The position numbers and the translations under genes were made by a program. Of a stretch of 64,000 nucleotides of DNA, positions 1 through 13,200 are shown in pieces. The stretch's first letter is position 1. Every line of letters starts with the position of its first letter. This DNA comes from Pavona decussata (taxonomy: Eukaryota). Below the pieces are notes generated by a model. The model was not told the origin of the DNA. It did not search any database and worked only from the letters and a program-made list of their open reading frames with translations. The DNA is taken from NCBI GenBank assembly GCA_977016875.1, contig CDRNST010000122.1, positions 3,596,001-3,660,000 of the forward strand. Reading direction: 5' to 3'.

Positions 1-410
1 GTTTATTTGAATTACACATAATAGCATATAAAATGAAATGCAATGTGTTTACAATTAATAAGATAATATATTACAATTGTTCGTAGGGACTGGGATTACA
101 AGAAGTCAATATAAAAAGCTATTTACAATTCCATTTACTATAAGATGCTAAGGAAATAATGAATTAATAATCATATGTGATTCTACGATGTTTTCGCCAT
201 TGCAGGAAAAAACTCATTCCGAAACGATTTGTTCTATACTTGAAATGGCTAATTGACATCAAGAGAGTGCTGTTTTCTTGTTGGATTTGTACAAGGGAAA
301 CAGGGGATTAATATTAATGGTGATTGGCAACAGCACAGGGAACTTTGAGATGATCATAATGCACTGCATGGACTACAATCAAGACTATTCTATGTAATTA
401 TGTATGAACG
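1..410 (-). mobile_element. Degenerate LINE (CR1/L2-group) 3' remnant in a MAU2 intron
   Basis: Minus strand around 195-250 reads roughly HFKYRTNRFGMSFF.., like the RTxRFxNSFFP C-terminus of CR1/L2-type ORF2, followed by an AT-rich tail; boundaries approximate. Confidence 0.4.
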
Positions 411-481
411 ATAGTAAATGCATGTTTAAATGGCACTTGAGTCAGCCTGTATTATTGTGGGTTTTCTTGTCTTGTTAACAG

Positions 482-1715
482 ATCTGTATGGAGTAATGGG
501 TGATCCAGTCACAGCCAGTGAATATTATCAATTACACAACAGTTTTACCAAGCAGTTGCTGGATAGTAAGTTTACCGATCACTGTTAGTACAAGTATTTA
601 ATTATTTTTCAATACAGCCTCAACAATACATGTAGGTATCTTCAAATGTATAATACAGTGTTACTATGGCAGATGCCATAAGCCACAATTTTTAATCAAC
701 CACTTGTGTCTATTTTATCCCAAGAATAAATCTACAAGTTTTTGTTTAGATTCTTGCAATAATAGGCCCTATGCAAAAATGGCTGACATTTTAATATCCT
801 TTTGTCTTCATTCAAATTAGCCTCACTAGCCTCATTCACAGTGAAATATTGTTTTGATTTTTGAACTCAAGAACGAGGTTAGTGAGACTAATTTGAATGC
901 AAACAAAAGGATATTAAAATGTCAGCCCTTTTTGCATAGGGTCTATAATACATGCAAAACTTCAACTGCTTTTGAGCCTTCATTGAAACCTGCTGACTCA
1001 AGAAAGCCACTGTGGAGATTGTACCGGTAAGCTGCTCTTCAATAAATTATTTAAATTCTCTTTCCCATAGGTCACATGCAAGCTGGACAGATGCCAGAGC
1101 ACAGACTTCTGGAGGTGAATATTTTACCTACTGGAGCTTAAATTAGCATTTTAAAAATAACAATTTTTAGTGATGTTCTTGTTTGTAAATGTGCAAAACA
1201 CGTTGGTTCTGTGGCCTGATCCAGAAGCTGCCACTCATGGGCTGAAGATCATATTATTGGTGAATTAAGTGTGGCATCAGAGCAATGTCTGAATGAGTCT
1301 GGTATTAATAGTAGCATGACAAGTCATTCATGAAGTTTAAACTGTGAAAGAACACTAAAAAAATGACGTAGTTATATCTTGTAACCCTCAGAAATCTTGT
1401 CCTTTAGGGGAGTGGGGCGGGGGTGCTGACTACATTTACTTGAGATTAATTTTGCCTAAATTACATTATGCCACATGAACCTTATTTAAGGGAGATTACA
1501 TGTACTTGTTAAAAGGTTTCATTAAAATGGTCACATTCAATATTTCTTTATTACAGTCAAGGTCTGTAACTCAAGGTACATTTCACTTTTTGATGTAAGT
1601 TTTTTTTTCTTATCCTCAGTGGGTTGGTGGTTTCAGCCCTCCACGACAGTCTGCTCCCAATCAAACAGGACTGTTGACAACTTTCCCTCAAGCTGGGCCT
1701 AGCAGCATGATGTAA
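482..1715 (+). CDS. MAU2: MAU2 (Scc4) cohesin-loader subunit, last three coding exons (5' part lies outside the window)
   Basis: Exons 482-565, 1071-1114 and 1620-1715, all AG/GT-bounded with compatible phases. They give (D)LYGVMGDPVTASEYYQLHNSFTKQLLDSHMQAGQMPEHRLLEWVGGFSPPRQSAPNQTGLLTTFPQAGPSSMM*, which matches the MAU2 C-terminus as I recall it (DL...H..F..QLL..H..A...PEH.L..W..G). Confidence 0.85.
762..946. mobile_element. Palindromic MITE
   Basis: ATAGGCCCTATGCAAAAATGGCTGACATTTTAATATCCTTTTG ... CAAAAGGATATTAAAATGTCAGCCCTTTTTGCATAGGGTCTAT; about 75-bp imperfect inverted arms. Confidence 0.8.
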
Positions 1716-1905
1716 CTGACATCCTTATCGGAGGTGGAAAGATAAACTCTTGGGAGTGTCTTTGCAACAAAGTCAATGTGCATCATCTCGGGCGTGTTCA
1801 AAGCAACTACCTTGTAACGTTGGTATGTCCACCATTTATAAGGGAAGCCACCAAAATGATTATGCTGTACACGTGCAACAGGCAATAACATGTGTTACTA
1901 GCATT

Positions 1906-1906
1906 A

Positions 1907-1942
<36 letters not shown>
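1906..1942. repeat. (CAT)n microsatellite
   Basis: Direct reading; lies in the MAU2 3' UTR. Confidence 0.95.
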
Positions 1943-3013
1943 TTTATAAAGCTGCAAATGGTTGAGTCAGTGACCATCAATGGCCTTCACACCCAATAAG
2001 GAGAAACAAGGCTCACATGGTCCTCAGCAAGCTTTGTTATTACTGGAGTATAACCATGAAACAACAGTGTTCACTGTTTATAAATTCCCATGGAATTTTA
2101 TTAAACGACTAAATTGAAACTTGCGTAAGTTTAACATGCAACTGTGGTGATGTGCACGTGTGCTGCTTGACATAAATCATTGCTGGAAATGGAAATTCAC
2201 TCCCACTGCCACCGTATCTGTTGAACTATACAGTTGGTAATCAGGAGAAAACATCACATTGTAGGGACCACTGCACTCACTGGCATACTGTACATGTTTG
2301 GTTCTAAACCATGTGCAATTTTCACACCTTGGAAGATTACCGTTTTAGGGGATCTAATTATTCTAACACACACCTCAACATTGCAACCAACAGAGTTCTG
2401 GGTGCCTCTTTGACTGTGAAGTTTCAAAAAAGACAACTTGATTTTTGAGTAACATTAAGTGAATGACATTGTTTCAACTATGGGTAGTGTGAGCTGACCA
2501 TGTTCAGTCCTGGCTGACTATACTGATTCATATCAGCCCGCATTATTTTAGTGCATTGATAAGAGTGATTGTATAATTTATTTCATACATGCAGTTGTAC
2601 ATATGTATAAAAGGGGAGAGTACCATTCAGGAATTCCATGCTAAAAATTGATAATTAAACAAGTCTTCTGTTCTCTCTATGTAACTGATCATGCATTCCC
2701 TTCCTTCTTGAGTAAATTTTGGCGTGTATTCTAAGGACCTTTGTTCTTTGTGTTCACCAAAATAAGTCATTTCTTGTCATTTCTTTTGTATTGTGAATCA
2801 GAATGTGTACATTTGGCAATGTTAATTGTGCTTCACCATCAAATCGCAAGACACCAGGTTTTTACCATTGTTGTGTGCTTACAAATGACTGGTTAGCTAT
2901 TGTGCTGATATTCAAAATTTCGAAGTACAATTCTAGTGTGCACACTTTGGTGATGTACAAATTGTAACACAATACTGATATCATAGTGACCACAATGTTC
3001 AGGTCTTGTTAAA

Positions 3014-3025
3014 ATTATTATTGTG

Positions 3026-3071
<46 letters not shown>

Positions 3072-3078
3072 GTATTAT
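3014..3078. repeat. (ATT)n microsatellite
   Basis: Direct reading. Confidence 0.95.
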
Positions 3079-3481
3079 TTTAGTTACAAGTATTTAGTTT
3101 TGTCTATGTTTTATGTAAATATAACTGCTATTTGTATTATTACTACCTGTAGATGTAAACATGTTTACCAAGTAAACAAAGCTTTGTTGTCGCAATAAGT
3201 TGTTTATTTTTCAGTACATAAATTATACTATTATACTTAAAGTCTGTTGACAATAAAATAAATAATATGAGAATTTCGTATTGGTCGATATCTTGCTAAG
3301 AAATAAATTTATTTGACAAGATGTTAATTAGCACTGTCTGGGGCTTTGTATACACATATTTATAGACTGGTTCACCGAATCAGCATTCAAACTGAACTGG
3401 AGGTTGGGACACAAAATGTAGTCTTCACGTATGTAAAGTTTGTCCAAATAAAACTGATCAATAACATCAATGAGTAATCAC

Positions 3482-3603
3482 CTGGCCCAGTTGCTCGAAG
3501 CATGGTTAGCGCTAACCCGGGTTAGATACCATGACAACCTATAGGTTTTAATACTTCTTAACCAATGGTTAGCGCTAACCATGCTTCGAGCAACTCAGCC
3601 CTG
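3482..3603. mobile_element. MITE with 3-bp CTG TSD (PIF/Harbinger-like)
   Basis: TIRs GCCCAGTTGCTCGAAGCATGGTTAGCGCTAACC / GGTTAGCGCTAACCATGCTTCGAGCAACTCAGCC, flanked by CTG on both sides. Confidence 0.8.
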
Positions 3604-5999
3604 ATTGTCATTGATTATTGTAGATAACATCAACATGCAATCAATGACTTATTGACACAATTTTGTGGCATATTTATTTACTCATCAATGTCATTGATTA
3701 CTTATCAGTGTCATTGTGTTAGTCGTGAAGTCAATGTTATTAATATTATTAACTATTGATCAACATAATCATATTCTCTAAAGAATCCAAGTAGCACTCA
3801 TAATGGGTACTTGAGGAATTAATTTTGAAAACTGCGGCAATAACTGAAACACCAGAGCAGTCGAGGTTTGGTTCAATAACAAACGAGAAAGAGAGGATCG
3901 GAGAATTCATCCATTTTCTATGAATCCAATATTGATGTTCTACTAATAAAATTAAAATTGTTCATGTAATGTTGTTTTCTTTTTTCGTGGTCGATCATAG
4001 TACTAGGTGAATAATCTCATTTGTAGCCACACTATATCAATGAGCAATCAATGACTTATCGATGACTAAAATTGTTATGGCCTATCAATAATATTAGTCA
4101 TGCATTGTTCATTGATTATTTGCAGTAATCAACTGATTAATCCTCAATTTCATTGATGTTGTTGATCAGTTATGACTGGAGTTATTACATATACATGGCA
4201 GACAGGTGTCTCCTTCCCAGAAAGCTCATGTTTCAGAACAAGCAAATGCACCAGAACCAGCTGGAAAAAACACAGAATTTCTCTCTCCCTTTCATGGCAC
4301 CAGGTCTAAGTTTTCCTTTCCTGGTGGGAACAAAATTTTATTGGTTTATGGTTACGATCATGGGGTGAGGTGTCCCACAGAAATAGTCTGGCATTTTAAT
4401 TAAAACTTCAATCCATGATCTCCTACAATTTCACTGACATGTATGTTATTTTGTCTTGTTAACTTATCTCAGTAAACATTGACAAAAACACATTAATTTT
4501 GTGAAAATGCTTTAATCCCACATTGTATAATTCCAAGGTATCAAGCTACGTTGTAGCTATTGATCAAGAAATAAATGTATTGTAAGAAAGAAATATTTAA
4601 TGAACAGAGGTCACTGTTGAATGATAACCTTGGGGTCCTGGCCTAGATCAGTAGGACACCTGCTTTACTTTCTGAAATCTCAAAAGGCCCCGTTTTTAAT
4701 TGATTTTTATCACTGAGAATTTGATTTCCTTATCAGAAGTAATTCATGAGTTTCTTACGAGTTGAGAAATCATTTCTCCAAAATATTAGGATCTATATTT
4801 TTGGTGTGTCTTATATCATACCTTTCATTTTTTAGAGGTATGATAATGAGTTGTTTTTGGCAAAGATGGAAATTATCATCCAATGATCTTTTTAATCCTT
4901 TATATCTATAACACATTCTTGGAGTCATTTTTACGTACTGTATTTTTCCTTCCGCTGTGAAAACAGATGCAAGCCATTTCAAATTTTCATTGATTTTCTT
5001 TTCAAACTGAACAATTTAACCGATGCATTTCTTGATTAAAATGTAACGAAATTTGTCGGAATACATAATATTTTCTTTGGTCAATTTTCAAACTCATTTG
5101 TTTATATATTTTCATGAGCACAATAAATATATTTTTAAGGTTCAGAATCAAGAGTCAGTGTGTCGAGCGACCAAAATATAACGGCACGTTTTTCACAGCC
5201 AATGAAGCCATGTAAAAATTCTATCTGCTGGACTATATTTGATTGACATTTTAAATTTGGAATGCTATATCAATTACAAGCTAACCGCAAACAACAATAA
5301 TTGAAGTGACAAGCATTGTTTTGTTTGTGGCTAAATAACCAATCATGAGCCGCAAATTGATCATACGTGCGATATCCCATTGACACAAAATAATTCCACG
5401 TCGAATGCCTCAGCATAAATTAATTTGCCGAATTCCACAAAGAATCACTAATATCATTGCTTCTTTGTACTTCACTGCTCTGACTAATGTGAGATATGGA
5501 TCAACCACCAAACGCAACTGTATTTGAAGCATGAACAAAATCCGCTACAATGTATGAAAAAATTGTTACTTTTTTTTCAGGGAAGTAATGGCTTCCAACT
5601 CTCGCCAAGAGTACTGGCCCAGTAATAAGTTCCTTCCAAGAGAAATAATTGGACTCTAAAAAAGATGTGCATGTACTTTTCGAGAGGCACTTGTGTACCT
5701 GGGAGATGTTGAACATTAAAGATACCAATGAAGTACAAAACTACTGAACGAACTTGTAAAACCTTACAATACAATTGAAATCAGTTTCAGAGAGGGGAAT
5801 CACCCTTTTCAAAAAACGAAAGGTACCATGTGGTAAGTCAGTGGTGCTATACCCCTTCTCTAATTCCTGCAATGTTGCCCAAGTGGTAATAGCACAAGTT
5901 AGTGGGTACTTCTTTGTTTATTCCAAGGCGAGAAAAGATTACTGATTGTTTATCAAGCTTTTTACTGCCTGCCGACAATTACTCCCCGACATTCAACCA

Positions 6000-6940
6000 A
6001 TCACAAGGTGTCATCACAAGTGGATTAGTAAACGTCACAAGTGCTGCCAATAGCACCTGCACACAAACTTGTCAAACCGGTTTGTCCACTTTCCCGGATG
6101 TCAACCTGGTTACGTCATCCCCTTTACAGTACAGCTTTCGTTGCCCAGGCAACGGGCAGATCCGATACCGTTTTCAAAGCTTTGATTGGTCTAAATAACA
6201 GCTGATTGACAGGTTGTCGTTTTCAACGCAGCGGGTGTGGGAGACGACTTTTTGTGCACACGTCTGTCTATCAGAAGGTTGTGGCGTTTGATTTCATGTT
6301 CCCGCCCCTACCTCTTTTGCTTGAAAATCCTAAATACTTTCTGCTTGCAAAGAGGAAATTAACGAAGGGTTTTGGTTTGACCTTCAAGTATAAACTCCCT
6401 CGAGGATTCACAGTTCAGCTGATACCATAGTTCGTGGACGTGAGGTTACAGTCGACATATTTTACACGACCACACTTTTCACCGCCATTATTGTGCGTGT
6501 TCCTTGTTGCAAACACCACATGGCCAACGAATGAAAGAAACTTCGCTTACTGTTGGTTGGTGAAAGTCGTCGACTATTTGAAAACCGTTCACGTTCAAGG
6601 AAGGGCCTGTATCAACACAAAGAACCAAAAGAAGAAAGATTAAATCGAGCCGAACCATCGCCCGTCGTAGCTGGAAGCAGACTAAATAATCGGGCTTTTT
6701 TTACCATTCGTTGCACAAATTATATTCTGTGGCAGCCTCGTCCTCGAGTCGGTCACGTTCGTCTGGCGAGTTGGAACACAATCCTTTGAATGTGGAGCTT
6801 CATCGTTGAAATATTCCGGTGAATAGCAAGGTATTTGTGGCTTAAGTTTATTATTATCGCCAGTGGAATATTATAAACTTCGCATCGACCAACCTTCGAA
6901 TCTACAGCGGGTATCCTTCCGTTACTCTGTCAGCCATCTT
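6000..6940 (+). promoter_or_regulatory. Probable GATAD2 promoter and non-coding first exon
   Basis: CpG-enriched stretch with CCAAT/ATTGG boxes (~5997, ~6185), a candidate donor AAG|GTATTT at 6830/6831, a YY1-like GCCATCTT at ~6933, and an acceptor CCAG|GG-ATG just before the start codon at 7245. Confidence 0.5.
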
Positions 6941-7244
6941 GTGAGTGGCGCCAAATTGTACTACTCTGAAAAAATCCCGTAGCGTATTCCCTTGCGGTGA
7001 TTACACTGCTAATGGTTATTTCTCGATATTTTGGTAAATAGATACTTTGGCTGTCTTTCGAGCTACTAAAAAAAGCCAAATTTCAAAGTCTGTCACGCGT
7101 GGAGAGGCCGCTGCTTCAACGTTTTGCCGGCAAATTTATGAGGATCATTGTCATTGTTTTGATTCAAAATTCTAAATGGGTTCTGTCGAATCCCAGAATA
7201 TTTATGTCAAGTTCTAACATGAATTATTTTTGTACTATCCAGGG

Positions 7245-10200
7245 ATGGCATCGGAAGTGGTAACCAAGGGCTCGAAACGCTTAAAATTATCACCAAACAG
7301 AGCTGAAGATGACGAGGATGATGTGAAAAGACGTAAAGTGATTGACTCGGGTCAATCGACTGATGACACGATTTCGGATGAGAAAACAATCGAGCCGAGC
7401 AACGAGGAGAAGTAAGTGATCTCTTTTTATCGATTGACGCAGCAAATTATCAAATTACTTTTTTTTAGCAAAATCTGTGTCTTGACAAAGAGCCAACAAG
7501 AGTATCGAACTTACAAATTCAGTTCTCTCCAGCACGTGTTTTGTGCTGTGGTGTTTTTTTCCGATCACTAATTCTCTTCTCGTTCCGATTCTTCCCAGAA
7601 ACGGAAGCTTACTTCTGTTTTTCCTGAACAACGTTTAAGCTTATAACAGTTCAATTTGATGCTTTCATGTCCTTGAGATTTGCAGCTGCATCGTAAGCTT
7701 ACATACTGTTTTAATTTTGCTTCACTTTCACTTGTCGTATCATTGTTTTTTGCCTCAAATATTGATGATCAATTTTTTTGTGTAGATACATGTGGTAGAT
7801 AGCTACTGATATTTACTGAAAACGTTCAGATTTCGAGTTTTAAAGCATTGAAAATTCAACGTTTTTCTAAAAAAGGTGTTTGTAGAAAAGATGATTTAAA
7901 TCTGCTTGCTTAAGACCTTGCTGTTCTCTGTTCTTTTGTTTTTACTAAAAGCTTGTCAGAATTTTCAAATCATTTATCATTTCCTTAAAAGATCATTTCT
8001 TTGCCGTTAAAGTAAAGTGTAAAACCATAAAAGCAGACATTTTGAAGCACCACTGGCGGTGTATTTAAGCCTGAGTCAATTACTTAAATTTCACACGACA
8101 ACTTGTTCAGATTAAAACATCGCCTGATTGCTTTTTGCATCAGTGGATTCTTTAAACCAGGCTTCAATTATTATTTCCTTCGTTACTATTTCTACGTCTG
8201 GCACTAAGCTAATCCTGTACTAAGGGTGCTAGTCACTGATGGTAAAATAAAGGCCAGTTTTTCTGTTGACAACAGGAACTTTGTTCGTATAAGACTATTA
8301 GAGAGAACAAAAAGAGGTTGAGATAATGACAGTTGGAATATCGAAATTTGCATCAAAGTCCATCTGTACTTTTCCTGAAACCACACTGGGTGGAGAGATC
8401 TAGAAGGATTTGACAGTCTCTGTGGGACAGTTTAGAATCACTGGAGCAGACTAAGTGAACTTCTTAGAAATATCCAGTTAGCTGTATCCTGGATTTTGCT
8501 GTTGGAATCCGACACAGTGTACTCAGGGAAGAAACTTCCGCATACAAATGGCTAAGACTTAGGATAAACGGTTTTCGAAGTTCTTTCAGATTTTCTGTAG
8601 TTCACTATGAACTTGTTAATCAGAATGTAGACTTCGAAATATTTCATGTGGAACTCAGTGGGATGTGGGTATTTTGAAATGATTGAAGTTCATAAAATAT
8701 GAGTACCTTTACATTACAAAGGACAACTATGCCATGTTTTGTTAAAGAGAAAATCTACGAAAAGTTGTTAAGAAAGCAATAGTCAAAAGAGTGACTTGCT
8801 ACGAAGAAAACATGAGACTTGCTAAACAGGCAAACAAAACAGCGTGATTACCACACTGTGCAAAGTGTTAATAGTTTTGAGTTTTCAGAAGACATTTTTT
8901 AGGACAGAGGCAGAAAAAAAGAGGAAACAGAGCAAGCTTAGTACAAACTGGTGATTTGAATTAACTTTGTTGGGTACAGCAAAAAAAATGTACAGCTCAG
9001 TATTCAGGGTCCGAAATTAACTTTTTTAAGCAGGCGATATGGAAAAATGTGGTCGCCAAAAAGCAGAAAAAAAAGTGTCAATAAAAGTTTTCCTTCGCAG
9101 CGAAACGCAAACCAAAATATTTGGTTGCCAGATGGAAAATTCTGGTCGCCAATTTTTCTTTTAAGAATCAGAACGAAGAGAACGCGTTTGGGGCCGCAAT
9201 GGCGATTTACACTGAAAAACCATGACAAACGAATCGAGTGCCGGCTATATACGTAGTTTCATAAGACTGCTAAATGTTTTAAGTCAACTTAATACCCTCT
9301 CTTGTCTCTACCTTTTGGAGAAGAAATATACCCGATTTAAAAAAAACTGCCGGTTGGTTCTTTGCTCTATGTTCAAAACCGTAAACAATCTTTCCTTTCG
9401 CGTTCTGTCAAGACGATCGACGGATCGCCATGTTGTTCGCACCAGGCCACAACCGTGCAGCATTTCTCGTTTAAAAAACATGGCTGCGAAGCTTCGCACC
9501 GCTCGAGCTGTGAAGCGTTGTGATAGATTTATAATAACAGGAAAATCGGTTTTATACTTCAAAAGCAATGGAAAGGTAAAAAGTAAGTGACCAATTGGCG
9601 GGCGGCTTTGAATTTTATTTTTAGCGATTTGGCTGAAAATCAAAGTTATTGTTTGTATAATGATCGTGGCATGAAATAGTTAATCGCCCGCTGGCGACTA
9701 GTTTTGAAATTCTGGTCGCCAGTGCAAAATTTTTAGTCGCATTGGCGACCAGGAAGGCGCAATTTCGGACCCTGTATTAGAGATCCAAAGTTGAAAACAG
9801 CATGACAGTGTTTGTCTCAAAACTTCACGTCATGTTTAGTGATTAGGTGTAATTTAATTCTTTCAAGAAAATTTAGTGTGCTTCTTCCACAAGGAACAGT
9901 AATACCAGGAGATGTGATAGAGTGCTTTGACTTATTTTATGGTAACTGTGTTTAGAAGGCATGCTGAATATGGTAAATGATATTATTGTCAACTTCAAAG
10001 ACGTGGCCCTGGAGTGTTTTACATGACATTTAACAAAGAGAAATACTCTCTTCTTTCGCAGATATATATAATTCTAGAAATGCTGTACACAATGAGAACT
10101 GTAACATGTCAATGTTACAACAATGTAATAATTATGTTGTAAGCAAGAGATGCTTTTTTTCTGATTAGTTATGAGTCTGGATTTTTATTCCTTGTTACAA

Positions 10201-13200
10201 TGTATCTCCAAAGTAGTTTATATTTGAAGCAGTTAACGTCATAGCGTAGTTTTGCTTGTTTATTAAAATAAAAGGTTTCCTTATATGTATCAGTTTTTAG
10301 TAGAAATCAATCCGCTTAGAAACTCAAGCTTTGTGACTTGCCACACTAGTTTCACATGAAATTCACAACTTCGTATTGAAGATTGTATTGTGATTAGCAA
10401 CTTACTACATAATCTGTTTGCCAAGTTTACAATGAAGTTAGAAATTCTAAGCAAAGTTTGGAAACCATTTATAAGAAAGAAGTTTTTTGAAACATACTGC
10501 AAGGCTGCTGCCTAAGAAAAATTTTAGGGAGCCCTTCGGGCTCCTAAAGTTTAAAGTTAGGAGCCCGAGCCACATTGTTAGGAGCCCAGTTTGAAATCCA
10601 TGTATTGTTTTTCCAAGATCATTACATAGGTTATAGAGGTTCTTGCACACTTTAATAAGAATTCGCCGGGCCTAATAAATAACACGTAAACAAGAATTAA
10701 CCGAATTATTTACTTTCATTTGTCACTACGGATTAAATAAAACCGCATTGAATATAGGTCAAATGAAGGCACAGCATCTTCGGTTGTGTTTTAAAAGCGG
10801 GAAATATATTTTATTGTTTTGAAAGAGACAGTTTCCAAATCGTTATCTATATTAATATAAATGTTCACATACGGAGTCGTAAGAAATAAACATTGCTTAC
10901 CTGTTGCGAGAATTCCATTGTAGTCACTGGGCTTAAGACAAATTGCTGAAACCTTTGTCGATTTTAGCGAGAAAAGAAGAACCTTTGCCGATTTTAGCGG
11001 GAAAAGCAGAACCTTTGCCGATTTTAGCGGGAAAGGGCGCTAAGCACGTGCAGCAAGGCAGAAATACAACCAACACAAAGTTGATCATTACTTTAATTTC
11101 TTTATTCAAGGTAAAGACATCACATTACAAATATGAAATATCATACTGCGTTCTCTGGCGTGTTGTTTTTTAAAGTCTCTTGAAAATGCTGATACGTTGC
11201 AAACTGGTACATGAAATCGAACATCAAGCACGTCCAGTCGATAGCACGCAAGATAGCTTCCCATTCTCGCCACAAAAAAGTTATCAAATCGACGAAAACC
11301 CAAGCAAACGATGAACTGCACGAATGTCAACATAGGCAACAAACAGCCCATAATTTTGCTATTCCATATTTGGAAGTCAAATCTCAGACCCAGTCTTCAA
11401 CTGCCATCCGGACTCGGAAACGATGGCTTCGTTCGTTTCGACAAAGCTTCACAGTTGAACACGTTAGGTTTACATAATTTACGGTTTACTTGTGGAAATT
11501 TTATACTGCCTAATCGCATCATCGCTAACCATATCAACAGTTCCACTGTTTAAAGTCCTACTCCAGCTAAAGGAATATAATGTACAAGGAGGTTAAGTCT
11601 AATGCCGTGTGTTAAGTCAGGCGCCCGCGCGGGCTCCTTGTACCGAAATTTGGTCGCCCATGCTCTTACCTTGGGCGCCTCTGGCGACCGGGCGCCCGTT
11701 AGGCAGCAGCCTTGTACTGTAACAATCTAGTGTATGACCCAAATGTGCAGTACACTCAGCACCCTGATGGGGGACAAGTCCAGTAGAGAAGTCCCTGAGA
11801 CAGTCCCTTGAAGTGTTTACACTAGTGGCCTGATTGAAGGCTACTTGTCCCACAAGCAGTTCACCCGAAGGGACAAGCATGATTTTGAGGGGACTTGTCC
11901 CTTTAGTTTAAACGGGTTGAATTTGTGGGACAAGTCACAGGGACCAAATCCGTGTGAGTAGCCTTTTTGGCAAAATTTTTATTTTTAACCTGAGTGTTGG
12001 GCTTTTCGGGTAGCTCACACAATGTGACAAGACCCCAGGTCTAGTCCCTGCAGCATCCAAGGGACTTGTCTTCTCATGTGTATCAACCTTCAGGTTCAGC
12101 GGATGGAAAGTTTAGCATTTTTACTGGGCCTGACCAGCAACAACATTTTGACCCCTTTAAGATATATTTCTGTGATTTAGTAGTCAAATTCTTTGGAATC
12201 TGTTAAGTAAAACTGCTTTAGAACTGTACGAAACCCTTAACATATGAAATTAAAAGTAAAAAATTTCAAGTTCAGAACCTTGGCCTGCCAATATACGTGT
12301 AGCTATGCAAAATTTGTTGAACACTGTGATAGAATAATTATTATGTTCTGTTAGTAATATTTAAGCAAGTGACTTTTCAGTTGTTTCCTGCGATCTTCAG
12401 CCAGGTGGTTTAGTTTATTTTAGGCCAAGAACATTGCATGCATGTTAGATAAGGAAGGGCAAAATGAGAGAACCAATTTCATACATGTAATCCCAAACTG
12501 ATCTAAAAAATGGTAAAAATAGCTTTTCTTTTCATTCAATCAGAAGCAATATTCATCATACACATAGCCTTATGTCAACAAAATAATTTATTGTTTTAGC
12601 AAAAATTTTAAGGTTGATGGACAGTAAAGTAAATTGTCAACATTTATTTCAGGCTGTTTCTTAATATTATTCCTAGAAAGACAGATTACAAAGGAAGACC
12701 AAATGTTGAAGTTTGCCCTGAATGTCTTAGAATTATATTTATTATTAGAATTTTAATACTATTTTCCTCCATTAAATGCCCATGCTTGATTGAGTGCCCC
12801 TTAAGCTCCACTGGTATCATTAAGACTGGAATAACTACCATCCTCCCTCATTTGAGAGGTGTTATATACTAGAGACAATATGTTATTGTTCAAACTTCAA
12901 CCCAGTTTATTGACACTGAAAAGGAAAATATGAGATTCAAAATACATGTAAGCATTTGATGTGAACTAGAAGGCAGTATATTGATTGTGGGCTATTGTTA
13001 AATTTGGCATCTGAGAGCTATAATGGAAGGTGAATATTTCATTTAAGTGGAGCATACATGTAGCTTTAGGAATCACAACATAGCATATCCTCTTCACACT
13101 TAGGCGCACAAGGTGACCAGACCTTTTCCACATTTTTCCATCTGTACCAAGTCCCTCTACCTCACTCTTTGTCTTTCCAATGATTTCCATTTCAACTTCA

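Noticed and set aside
3400-4180. Recurrent ATCAATGAC/GTCATTGAT words suggesting a spaced array
   Set aside because: Irregular spacing and degenerate units fit a decayed interspersed repeat; there is no constant repeat with unique spacers, so it is not CRISPR-like.
9004-11880. Several 70-120-aa ORFs in the GATAD2 intron
   Set aside because: They lie inside TIR-bounded non-autonomous elements and show no transposase or other domain motif.
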